In this document: one piece after another, positions 18,012 through 26,724 of the stretch
Layout: each line of letters starts with the position of its first letter
How positions within the stretch are numbered: the stretch's first letter is position 1
Assembly (NCBI GenBank): GCA_038220425.1
Contig: JBBRIV010000001.1
Span: forward strand, 1-60,489
Reading direction: 5' to 3'
Length of the DNA stretch: 60,489 nucleotides
DNA from: Candidatus Limnocylindrales bacterium
Lineage (GTDB): Bacteria > Chloroflexota > Limnocylindria > Limnocylindrales > CSP1-4
Notes under the pieces: model-generated
Database searches by the model: none
What the model was told of the DNA's origin: nothing
Seen by the model: only the letters and a program-made list of their open reading frames with translations
Made by a program: the position numbers and the translations under genes

Positions 18012-19304
18012 ATGGACACGCGGCCCCTGGAGGATCCGGCTCGCGGTCCGACCACGGCCACTTACCTGGCCGAGCTGCTGGGGGCGTACGACGCCGAGCC
18101 GATCGAAGGTGAGTCGTTTGCCTTCCTGGTCGGATTGCGCGGATCCGATCCGACCGAGGCGTTCCGGAACCTGGATGTCGCCGCGCGCCGGCGGATGCCG
18201 CCCAGTCACCTGCTCCGCTCGGCGGCCCTGACGATCGACCCGTTCCTGCTCCGGGGCGCCGCGATCGGAGCCGCCTGGTGGGCCGAGCAGGGCGGGGCAT
18301 CGGGAGCCGTGTTCCACACCGCCTCTGGGGCAATCCCGATCGGGTCGCGCCTGCCGGTGGTGGTCACCCTGCTCGACCTGGCTCCGTGGGAGATGCCCGG
18401 CGTCTATCAGCGCAGTCCGGCGGCGGCCTTTGGCCAGCGCCTGCGCGGCCGGATCCTGCGCGACGCCGCGGCGATCATCGTGGGCACCGAGGCGACGGCT
18501 CGAGCTGTCCGGAACCTGCTCCGGATCCGGCTCGAGCGATTGATCGTGGTTCCCCTGGCTGCCCGGGCGGCGTTCCGGCCGCTCGAGCCGCTGCAGCCGG
18601 GCCAGTCGCACGGGGCGAGTCGTGCCGGCGGCAGTGCCACCCGAGCCCCGGGTCCGGCGGCCGATCCCCGGTCCGACCGCGAGCGGCTCGGCCTGCCCGA
18701 GCGCTACCTGGTCTACTCGGGTCGGTATGACGCCCGGCAGGACCTGGGCTCGCTGCTCGGGGCGCTCAGCCGGCTGTCCGCCGCGGGGCGTCCGGCCGGT
18801 CTCGATCCCGCCGTTGCCTGGCCACCGCGAGTCCTCCTCCTCGGCGCCTCGCCCGACGACCGCGCGGCTCTCGCCCGGGCCACGGCTCGCGAGGGCGTCG
18901 GTGACCTGTTGGCCTATGCCCCGTCCCTGTCGGTGGAACGCGTCGCGGCGCTCGTCGCCCAGGCCCGCGCGGCGATCCTGCCGTCGATCAGTGAGGCCGC
19001 CGGGCTGCCCGCGATCGAAGCCCTGGCGGCCGGAACGCCGGTCATCGCCAGCGCCGTTGGGGCGCTGCCCGAGCTGGTGGCCGGCGCCGGGATCCTGGTC
19101 GAGCCGCGCGAACCCGACCGGCTGGCCGCCGCGATCGCGACCTCGTGGACCGATGACGACCTGTGGACCAGGCTGCGGGCCGACGCGTTGAGCCGGACCG
19201 GACCCGGTCAATGGACCTGGGCCGACGTGGCCCGGGCGACCCGGGTCGTCTACACCGATATCGGGGCCCGCCGCGCGCCCGAGGACGAAGTCACCGGGAT
19301 CTGA
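18012..19304 (+). CDS. glycosyltransferase family 4 (GT-B)
   Basis: In frame with ORF 17619..19304, whose first 118 aa overlap ppm1 and are rejected. ATG at 18012, or a GTG at 17973 overlapping the ppm1 stop. C-terminal E-x7-E-type motif SISEAAGLPAIEALAAGTPVIAS. Confidence 0.85.
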   Translation: MDTRPLEDPARGPTTATYLAELLGAYDAEPIEGESFAFLVGLRGSDPTEAFRNLDVAARRRMPPSHLLRSAALTIDPFLLRGAAIGAAWWAEQGGASGAVFHTASGAIPIGSRLPVVVTLLDLAPWEMPGVYQRSPAAAFGQRLRGRILRDAAAIIVGTEATARAVRNLLRIRLERLIVVPLAARAAFRPLEPLQPGQSHGASRAGGSATRAPGPAADPRSDRERLGLPERYLVYSGRYDARQDLGSLLGALSRLSAAGRPAGLDPAVAWPPRVLLLGASPDDRAALARATAREGVGDLLAYAPSLSVERVAALVAQARAAILPSISEAAGLPAIEALAAGTPVIASAVGALPELVAGAGILVEPREPDRLAAAIATSWTDDDLWTRLRADALSRTGPGQWTWADVARATRVVYTDIGARRAPEDEVTGI

Positions 19305-19325
19305 ACGCCGGGTTCGCGGCGCTGA

Positions 19326-20483
19326 TCAGCTGGCCGAGGGCGACGGGCTGGGCGACGGCTCGACGGGCGGCGCCGGCGTCCCGTCGTGAACGCTGACAAC
19401 GGTGCCCCAGATGAGCACGTTCAGGAAGGTCTGGCCCACGGTCAGGCTGACCTGGTGCCCGGCACTGTCGTAGAAGAGGGTCGCGCCGGTGATCGACTTC
19501 TTCCTCCAGGTGCCCTTGATCGTGTGTCCATTGGTCGCGATCCAGGCCGGTCCGCTGCCCACGATCGTGGCCTCCAGGCGGTGCTTGTAGGCCTCGCCGT
19601 CGTTGAGCGGCCCGAACTTCATCCACATCACGATCACGTTGGTCGGGGCGATCCGGACCTTGTTCGAGAGGTCGTGCTGGGCGCCCTCGGTCGTGACCGA
19701 GCGCAGGTAGGTATTGGTGATCCGGTCGTAGTCGTAGCGGATCGCGTTGTGCGGGTAGGCGAAGAGAATCCGGCCGCCGAGCGGCCTGACCTCCAGCGGT
19801 GCCGCCGGCAGGAACGTCCAGATGGGCTTGGGCGGCGCCGTCGCGTGGATCAGGTTGGCCAGCTGGCGCAGCTGCCGGCCGGTGGTGTACAGGTTGTGTG
19901 GTGCGAACCGGCCGGTGATCCGGCGGAAGTAGCCGCCGTGGGCGAATTCATCGGCGTTGTAGACCAGCTGGCCATTGCCCTGGCCGCGCAGCGCCGTCAA
20001 CGCCTGGGGCGAGCCGCCGGCGTGGACGTACATCGCTCGCAACTCCGACGCCCAGGCGATGAAGTAGTAGCGGGCGCTCCGGATGGGGCCGACGTCGGTC
20101 GGGGTGGTTTCGGCAAAGATCGCCATGTAGCGCGGAATGCCGCCCTCGGCCGGGGCCTGGAAGATGACGGAAGCCGAGGCCAGGCCGGACTGGGGCCGCG
20201 CGGCGGCCAGGTCGTCGATCATCACGGCGATCGGGTGAAGAGCGGCGGCTGCCGGCGTGACCAGCTCGCCGGTCAGCGGAGCCGGGACCATGACCGGCCC
20301 CGAAGGAGAGGGCGACGGCGAGTCGCTGGCCGATGGCTCAGCCGAAGCACTGGCCGACGGACCGTCGCTGGGGCTGGGGCTCGAGCCGCTCGGCGTGGGC
20401 GTTGCGGGTGAGCAGCCGATCAGGACGATCGAGCAGGCGAGCGCGAGGCCGAATCCCCAACCCAGCCTGCTCCGTCCGATCAC
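19326..20483 (-). CDS. DUF3048 (YerB-like) lipoprotein
   Basis: C-terminal 386 aa of ORF 19326..21299. GTG at 20483 gives VIGRSRLGWGFGLALACSIVLIGCS (lipobox), a Ser/Pro linker, then IAVMIDD...GIPRYMAIF...SARYYF typical of DUF3048. Confidence 0.8.
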   Translation of the reverse strand: MIGRSRLGWGFGLALACSIVLIGCSPATPTPSGSSPSPSDGPSASASAEPSASDSPSPSPSGPVMVPAPLTGELVTPAAAALHPIAVMIDDLAAARPQSGLASASVIFQAPAEGGIPRYMAIFAETTPTDVGPIRSARYYFIAWASELRAMYVHAGGSPQALTALRGQGNGQLVYNADEFAHGGYFRRITGRFAPHNLYTTGRQLRQLANLIHATAPPKPIWTFLPAAPLEVRPLGGRILFAYPHNAIRYDYDRITNTYLRSVTTEGAQHDLSNKVRIAPTNVIVMWMKFGPLNDGEAYKHRLEATIVGSGPAWIATNGHTIKGTWRKKSITGATLFYDSAGHQVSLTVGQTFLNVLIWGTVVSVHDGTPAPPVEPSPSPSPSAS

Positions 20484-20619
20484 GCGCCGGAGAATAGCCG
20501 ATGCGCAGAATCCGGGCCGCCGGCCCGTTCGAGGCCGCCCGTCGCGCCCGAGCCGGCGCGGCCAAACCCGGGGCCGGTCAAAGGCGCGTACGCTGAACGC
20601 ACACACTCGGGAGACCAAC

Positions 20620-21219
20620 ATGACTGACTCACCCGCTCCGCGCACCCCGCGCTCGCCTCGAACCATGGCGAGCACAACCAAACCGGCCCCTGCGCGCAAA
20701 TCCGCCACCAAGCCGGCCGCCGCCGCACCGGCGAAGGCTGCCGCCGAACGTACGGCCGCCACGCAACGCACGCCCGCGACGAAACCCGCGACGCGCCGCG
20801 CAGCCCCCGTTGTCGTGGTCGGCGGACCAGCGGACGACTCGCGCCTGGCGATCCACCAGGGTGGGATCGGTGCCCTCAACGCCGAAGACGTCGCGGTCTC
20901 GCAAGGCGGCGTGGGTGCCCTGCGCGCACAGCGCCTGACCGTAGAGATGGGCGGCGTCGGCGCGGCCATGACCAACGAGCTCGACCTGCGCCAGGGCATT
21001 GCCGGTGCGGTGATCGCCCGCGACGCCCGGTTCGAACAGGCCGGCGTCCGGACCCTGATCGCCAACCGGGTCCACTTCGGGCCAAACTCGGGCGCCGGGG
21101 TGGTCCTGGCCGCCCATGTCGACGGCGACGTGCGGACGCTCTTCGACTGGCGCGGTGCGCTGGCCTTCGGCGCGGCGGCGGGCGCGGTGATCAGCCTGTT
21201 CCGGCTGCGCCGACGCTGA
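20620..21219 (+). CDS. hypothetical protein: Lys/Ala/Pro-rich tail, six 15-residue repeats, C-terminal TM anchor
   Basis: GGGAGA RBS at 20608-20613, ATG at 20620 within ORF 20257..21219. Repeat units such as LAIHQGGIGALNAED and VAVSQGGVGALRAQR. Ends ALAFGAAAGAVISLFRLRRR. Confidence 0.65.
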   Translation: MTDSPAPRTPRSPRTMASTTKPAPARKSATKPAAAAPAKAAAERTAATQRTPATKPATRRAAPVVVVGGPADDSRLAIHQGGIGALNAEDVAVSQGGVGALRAQRLTVEMGGVGAAMTNELDLRQGIAGAVIARDARFEQAGVRTLIANRVHFGPNSGAGVVLAAHVDGDVRTLFDWRGALAFGAAAGAVISLFRLRRR

Positions 21220-21316
21220 GCGCGAGCCGCCCTCCGGTATACTTTGAGCGCGGTTGACCGGTCGTTCCGGAGCGCACCGTCAGGTACCGGTCCGAGCACG
21301 GGAGTCCCGCACCAAC

Positions 21317-21988
21317 GTGATTGATCCCTCAGCCCGGGTCCACCCGTCGGCCGACCTTGAAGCCGACGTGACGGTCGGCGCCGGAACCAGCATCTGGCAC
21401 CGCGCCCAGGTCAGGTCCGGCGCCCGGATCGGGTCCGAATGCATCATCGGCCGGGACGTCTTCATCGACGAAGGCGTGGTCCTGGGCAACCGGGTCAAGG
21501 TCCAGAACCTGGCCCTGATCTACCACGGCGTGACGGTCGAGGACGGCGTGTTCATCGGCCCCGGCGCCATCCTGACCAACGATCGCTATCCGCGGGCGAT
21601 CACGCCCACCGGCGAGCTTGCTCGGGCCGAGGACTGGACGGTCTCGCCCATCCTGCTCCGCGCGGGCAGCTCGATCGGAGCGGGTGCCGTGGTCGTGGCC
21701 GGGACCACCGTCGGCCGTTTCGCCACGATCGGCGCCGGCGCGGTGGTGACCCGCGACGTTTCGGATTTCGCGCTGATGGCTGGTAGTCCCGCCCGGCGCA
21801 TCGGCTGGGTGTGTGCCTGTGGCGCCCGGCTGCTCGACTCGGAAGGCCGCAAGGCCCCGGCCGAGCCGGCCGTCTACTCCGCCGATCCCGCCCTGGCCTG
21901 TTCGGTGTGCGGCCGGCACTACCGCTATAACCCCGATGCCGACACCCTGATCGAGCGGGTCGGCCTGCATCAAGGAGTGACCGCATGA
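21317..21988 (+). CDS. wbpD: hexapeptide-repeat N-acetyltransferase, WbpD-like (UDP-2-acetamido-3-amino-2,3-dideoxy-glucuronate N-acetyltransferase)
   Basis: Left-handed beta-helix repeats (IDPSARVHPSADLEADVTVGAGTSIW...). GTG at 21317 lies within ORF 21254..21988. Synteny with the aminotransferase, oxidoreductase, dehydrogenase and epimerase genes that follow. Confidence 0.8.
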   Translation: MIDPSARVHPSADLEADVTVGAGTSIWHRAQVRSGARIGSECIIGRDVFIDEGVVLGNRVKVQNLALIYHGVTVEDGVFIGPGAILTNDRYPRAITPTGELARAEDWTVSPILLRAGSSIGAGAVVVAGTTVGRFATIGAGAVVTRDVSDFALMAGSPARRIGWVCACGARLLDSEGRKAPAEPAVYSADPALACSVCGRHYRYNPDADTLIERVGLHQGVTA

Positions 21989-23094
21989 TCCCCATCGCCC
22001 GCCCGGATATCGGCGAGGAAGAAGTCGCCGCGGTCAGCGAGGTCCTCCGTTCGGGGATGCTGGCCCAGGGCAAGCGGGTCGCCGAGCTGGAGGCGCGCTG
22101 GGCCGACTACTGCGGCGTGAAGCACGCGATCGCCACGAGCAACGGCACGCTGGCCCTGATGGCGATCTTCGCCGGCATCGGGCTGCTGCCGGGCGACGAG
22201 GTGATCACCGTCGCGCACACGTTCGCGGCCACGGCCAATGCGATCCTGTCGACCGGCGCGATGCCGGTGTTCGTCGATATCGAGCCCGACACGTACCTGA
22301 TCGATGCGGCCCGGATCGAAGCGGCGATCACGTCCCGGACGCGGGCCATCGTGCCCGTCCACCTGTTCGGCCTGGTGGCCGACATGGAGATGATCACCGC
22401 GCTGGCCGACCGGCACGGCCTGGTCGTCGTCGAGGACGCCTGCCAGGCCCACGGCGCCACGTTCCGCGGGCGCAAGGCCGGCAGCTTCGGCCACGGGGCG
22501 TTCAGCCTGTACGCAACCAAGAACCTGACCACCGGCGAGGGCGGCTTCATCACCACCGACGACGACCGGCTGGCCGACTGGCTGCGGCTGTATCGCAACC
22601 AGGGGATGCGCGCTCGCTACCAGTTCGAGATGCTCGGCTACAACTACCGAATGACGGACCTGAACGCCGCCATCGGATTGGTCCAGCTGGCCAAGCTCGA
22701 TCGCAACACCGCCCGGCGCCAGGCGATCGCTGCCGGCTACGACCGGGCGTTCGCCGACCTGCCCGTCCGGACGCCGATCACCCCGGACGGCCGGACCCAC
22801 GTCTTCCACCAGTACACCCTGGATGTGGGCCCGGAGCGCGACGCGATCGTGGCCGACGTGCACGCTGCCGGGGTGGGCTGCGACATCTACTACCCGATCC
22901 CCGTCCATCGCCAGCCCTACATCATGGAACGCGGCCTGCACGCCGACCTGCCCATGACCGACGCCGCCGCGGCCCGGACGCTGGCCCTGCCGATGTTCCC
23001 CGGCCTGACCCCGGCCGAGCAGGCGACCGTGATCGACGCCGTTCGGACCGCCGTCGTGCGCCACGCCGGAGCCGCTGTCGAGACCGTCGCCTGA
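21985..23094 (+). CDS. wbpE: DegT/DnrJ/EryC1/StrS PLP aminotransferase, WbpE-like
   Basis: MIPIARPDIGEEE..., SLYATKNLTTGEGG (PLP lysine), NYRMTDLNAAIG. Confidence 0.88.
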   Translation: MIPIARPDIGEEEVAAVSEVLRSGMLAQGKRVAELEARWADYCGVKHAIATSNGTLALMAIFAGIGLLPGDEVITVAHTFAATANAILSTGAMPVFVDIEPDTYLIDAARIEAAITSRTRAIVPVHLFGLVADMEMITALADRHGLVVVEDACQAHGATFRGRKAGSFGHGAFSLYATKNLTTGEGGFITTDDDRLADWLRLYRNQGMRARYQFEMLGYNYRMTDLNAAIGLVQLAKLDRNTARRQAIAAGYDRAFADLPVRTPITPDGRTHVFHQYTLDVGPERDAIVADVHAAGVGCDIYYPIPVHRQPYIMERGLHADLPMTDAAAARTLALPMFPGLTPAEQATVIDAVRTAVVRHAGAAVETVA

Positions 23095-24158
23095 TGGCCC
23101 AGGCCTGGCGGCCCGCCGGCTCGCAGCGCGAGCTCAGGGTTGGGCTCGCCGGCCTGGGTTCGATGGGGCGCAACCACCTTCGAGTCCTGCGCGCCCGGCC
23201 GGGCTGCCGGCTGGTTGCCGTCGCCGATCCGGTTGCCGAGGTGCTGGCCGCAGCCACCAGCGGCGGCCCCGGCATTCCCGACGCGGTTGGCTATGCCGAG
23301 CCGCTGGTGATGATCGCCGAGGCCGACCTGGACGCCGTCGTGCTGGCCGCGCCAACAACCAGCCACCGCGTCCTGGCCCTGGCGGCGATCGAGCGCGGCC
23401 TGGCTGTCCTGATCGAAAAGCCGCTGGCGGCGAGCGTCGACGAGGGTCTCGAGATCCTGGCTGCGGCCCGGCGCACGGGCGTACCCGTCCAGGTGGGCCA
23501 CGTCGAGCGCTTCAACCCGGCCGTCCTCGAGCTTGGCCGTCTCCTGGCCGAGGGCTGGTTGAGCACGGTCTATGCGATCACTAGCCGGCGGGCCGGACCG
23601 TTCCCGGCCCGGATCCGCGACGTCGGGGTCACGATCGACCTGGCCACCCACGATGCCGATATCCTGTCCTGGATCGCCGGCGAACGGCCCGACCGGGTGT
23701 ACGCCGAGCTGGCCCAGCGGATCCATGCCAGCCACGAGGACCTGCTCTTCGGCCTGCTCCGGTTTCCGTCGGGAGCCACCGGCATGCTCGACGTCAACTG
23801 GCTGACCCCGGCCAAGCGCCGCCAGCTGACCGTGGTCGGCGAAGAGGGCATGTTCGAGCTCGATTACCTCACCCAGCGCCTGACCTTCACCCGCAATGCA
23901 GCCGGTGGTCCGGACCTGATCGCCGGGTATGCGCCGACCTTCGCTGGTGACGTGGCCGACCTGCCCGTCGCCAACGCCGAGCCCCTGGCGGCCGAGATTG
24001 ACGCCTTCCTGGCGGTTGTCCGCGACGGCGGCCGGCCGGTCGTGGACGTCGAAGACGGTCTGTGGGCCGTGGCCATCGCAACCTCCCTGCTCCAGGCTGC
24101 CGCCGGCGGGCAGCCCATTGACCTGTCCGATTTCTCCGCGAGGCTGATCAACGGATGA
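23094..24158 (+). CDS. wbpB: Gfo/Idh/MocA NAD-dependent oxidoreductase, WbpB-like
   Basis: LRVGLAGLGSMGRNHLRVL Rossmann fold and IEKPLA motif. ATGA overlap with the preceding gene. Confidence 0.85.
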   Translation: MAQAWRPAGSQRELRVGLAGLGSMGRNHLRVLRARPGCRLVAVADPVAEVLAAATSGGPGIPDAVGYAEPLVMIAEADLDAVVLAAPTTSHRVLALAAIERGLAVLIEKPLAASVDEGLEILAAARRTGVPVQVGHVERFNPAVLELGRLLAEGWLSTVYAITSRRAGPFPARIRDVGVTIDLATHDADILSWIAGERPDRVYAELAQRIHASHEDLLFGLLRFPSGATGMLDVNWLTPAKRRQLTVVGEEGMFELDYLTQRLTFTRNAAGGPDLIAGYAPTFAGDVADLPVANAEPLAAEIDAFLAVVRDGGRPVVDVEDGLWAVAIATSLLQAAAGGQPIDLSDFSARLING

Positions 24159-25591
24159 CCTTCACCAACCGACCTTCAATCGCTGCCCCCAGCCTGCTCG
24201 GCGGTTCGATCGAGCTGCCTACCCGCGTCTGCAGCCATCCTGAGCCGCGCTCCGTCTCGCCCTGGACCGGCGAGCCTGGGACCGTCGGCCGGGTCACCAT
24301 CGTCGGCGCGGGCAAGATGGGCCTGCCCCTGGCCGTCCAGTTCAGCAGCCACGGCTGGGATGTGACCGCGGTGGATGTCCAGGCCTCGGTCGTCGATTCG
24401 ATCAATGCCGGTCGTAACCACGTGACCGAGGAGCCCGGCCTGACCGAGGGCGTGGCCTCGGCCCATGCCGCCGGCAAGCTCCGGGCAACGCTCGACGGCA
24501 GCGCGGCAGCGGCCACGGCTGATGTCGTCGTGCTGATCGTGCCGGTCATGCTCAACGACGAGCAGCAGCCCGACTACCGCTACATGGACGCGGCCGTCGA
24601 GGCGATCGCGCCGGGCGTCCACCCGGGCTCGACGATCATCTTCGAGACGACCCTGCCGGTGGGCGATACCCGATCCCGCTTCGCACCCCGGCTCGAGGCA
24701 GTCAGTGGCCTGCGGGCAGACCACGATTTCTTCGTCGCCTTCTCGCCCGAGCGGCTGTACAGCGGCTCAGCGCTCAAGAACCTGGCGATGTACCCCAAGC
24801 TGGTCGGCGGGATCGGCCCCGAATCGGGTGCCCGGGCGGCCGCCTTCTACGGCTCGGTCCTGGACGCCGAGGTCGTCCTGATGAGCTCGGCCGAAGCCGC
24901 CGAATTCAGCAAGCTCGCCGACACCACCTACCGCGACGTGAACATCGCCCTGGCCAACGAGTTCGCCCGGTATGCCGACCGGGTGGGTGTCGACGTCCAG
25001 GAAGTCATCGCTGCGGCCAACAGCCAGCCGTACAGCCATATCCACCAGCCCGGCCTGGGCGTGGGCGGCCACTGCATCCCGGTGTACCCCCACTTCCTGC
25101 TCAGCCGGGCGCCCGAGATGGAGCTGGTGGAGCTCAGCCGACGGGTCAACGACGGCCAGATCGGACTGGCCATCCGGACGATCCAGAAGGCCCTGGGCGG
25201 CCTCGAGGGCGTGCCTGTCCTGGTCCTGGGCCTGACCTACCGCGATGGAGTCAAGGAGCTGGCCTACTCGCGGGCGCTGCCCCTGATCGAGCGGCTGGCC
25301 TTTCATGGTGCGATCGTGTCGGCCTACGACCCGCTCCTGTCCGAGGCCGAGACCGCGCGGAGCGCGGCCAACCCGTATCGCTGGGGCAGCCCCAGCGATG
25401 CCCGGGCGATCGTGACCCAGACGGCCGATCCCCTCTTCCGATCGCTCAACTTCGCTGACTTCCCGGCCGCCGAGGTGCTCTTCGACGGCCGTAACAGCCT
25501 GCGCGACCTGGTCCTGCCCGAGCGGCTGGAGTACCACGGCGTGGGCGTTCCGGCGGCGGTCCGCCAACCGGCGGAGGCTGCCGCTCGCTGA
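24155..25591 (+). CDS. wbpA: UDP-N-acetyl-hexosamine 6-dehydrogenase (nucleotide-sugar dehydrogenase), WbpA/WecC-like
   Basis: VTIVGAGKMGLPLA Rossmann fold and catalytic GLGVGGHCIPVYP. The roughly 45-aa N-terminal extension is uncertain; an alternative start near VGRVTIVG is possible. Confidence 0.85.
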   Translation: MTFTNRPSIAAPSLLGGSIELPTRVCSHPEPRSVSPWTGEPGTVGRVTIVGAGKMGLPLAVQFSSHGWDVTAVDVQASVVDSINAGRNHVTEEPGLTEGVASAHAAGKLRATLDGSAAAATADVVVLIVPVMLNDEQQPDYRYMDAAVEAIAPGVHPGSTIIFETTLPVGDTRSRFAPRLEAVSGLRADHDFFVAFSPERLYSGSALKNLAMYPKLVGGIGPESGARAAAFYGSVLDAEVVLMSSAEAAEFSKLADTTYRDVNIALANEFARYADRVGVDVQEVIAAANSQPYSHIHQPGLGVGGHCIPVYPHFLLSRAPEMELVELSRRVNDGQIGLAIRTIQKALGGLEGVPVLVLGLTYRDGVKELAYSRALPLIERLAFHGAIVSAYDPLLSEAETARSAANPYRWGSPSDARAIVTQTADPLFRSLNFADFPAAEVLFDGRNSLRDLVLPERLEYHGVGVPAAVRQPAEAAAR

Positions 25592-26724
25592 TGCGGATCG
25601 TCAGTGTCGTGGGCACTCGACCCCAGCTGATCAAGGCGGCCGTGCTCCAGCCGCTCCTGCGGGCTCGCCACGAAGAAATCTTCATCGACACCGGCCAGCA
25701 CTATGACGAAGCCCTGGCCGGTGCCTTCGTCGACGAGCTTGGCCTGGTCCCGCCCGATCACCAGCTGGGCGTGGGCGGCGGCAGCGCAACCGAGCAGACC
25801 GCCGCAATGCTCGGCCGACTCCAGCCGATCCTGGCCGCTGTCAAGCCGGACGCGCTGATCGTCTACGGCGACACGAATTCGACCCTGGCCGGATCGATTG
25901 CAGCCGCCCAGCACCGGATCCCGGTGGCCCACATTGAAGCCGGCCTGCGCAGCTTCGATCGAACCATGCCCGAAGAGGTGAACCGGGTCATCGCCGACCA
26001 CCTGGCGACGTGGTCCTTCGCCCCCACCCCCACGGCCGTGGCCAACCTGACCGCCGAGGGGATCACCCGGGGCGTCTCGCAGGTCGGTGACCTGATGCAG
26101 GACCTGGCGGCCCGGATGAGCGCCGGGGTGCGCGATCCGGCCGTGCTCGAGGTGATCGAGGCACGCCTGGCCGGCACAGCACCGGGCCTCAGGCTGACCC
26201 CGGGCGGCTACCTCTTCGCCACGGTCCATCGGGCCGAAAATCGGCTGCCCCGGGCGCTCCACGAGTGGGCGGAATTGCTCAGCGCGGTTGCCAGCGACGA
26301 TCGACCGGTCGTGCTCGCCCTCCATCCAGGCACCGCGGTCGCCCTGGCCGCGGCCGGGATCCAGCTCGCCCCGGCGATCCGGGTGATCGAGCCGCAGGCC
26401 TATCGGACGACCCTGGCCCTCCAGCTCCACGCAGCCGCGGTCCTGACCGATTCGGGCGGGGTCCAGCGCGAGGCGGCCTGGTTGGGCGTGCCCTGCCTGA
26501 TCCTGCGCAGCACGACGGAGTGGCTGGAAGCCGTCCAGGCATCGGCCGGCCGGATGGTCGTCGTGGGCCTGGATCGGCGTCGAGCCGTGGTGGAGCTGGA
26601 GCGACTCGCGGCGCCGTCCCGCGCCCCGGCCGATGCCGTCCTGCGGGCGGCGCACCTGGCAGTGCCTCCGGCCGGCGCCGGCGACGCGATCGTGGCCGCT
26701 CTCGAGGCCGGACCACCCCAGTGA
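25591..26724 (+). CDS. wbpI: UDP-N-acetylglucosamine(uronate) 2-epimerase, WbpI/WecB-like
   Basis: MRIVSVVGTRPQLIKAA..., VYGDTNSTLAG, HIEAGLRSFDRTMPEEVNR, TDSGGVQREA. Confidence 0.9.
   Translation: MRIVSVVGTRPQLIKAAVLQPLLRARHEEIFIDTGQHYDEALAGAFVDELGLVPPDHQLGVGGGSATEQTAAMLGRLQPILAAVKPDALIVYGDTNSTLAGSIAAAQHRIPVAHIEAGLRSFDRTMPEEVNRVIADHLATWSFAPTPTAVANLTAEGITRGVSQVGDLMQDLAARMSAGVRDPAVLEVIEARLAGTAPGLRLTPGGYLFATVHRAENRLPRALHEWAELLSAVASDDRPVVLALHPGTAVALAAAGIQLAPAIRVIEPQAYRTTLALQLHAAAVLTDSGGVQREAAWLGVPCLILRSTTEWLEAVQASAGRMVVVGLDRRRAVVELERLAAPSRAPADAVLRAAHLAVPPAGAGDAIVAALEAGPPQ

Noticed and set aside
19326-21299. A single 657-aa minus-strand protein spanning 19326..21299.
   Set aside because: Only the C-terminal 386 aa (a DUF3048 lipoprotein with its own signal peptide) look real. 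The N-terminal part is antisense to a plus-strand gene (20620..21219) that has an RBS and a periodic repeat structure.
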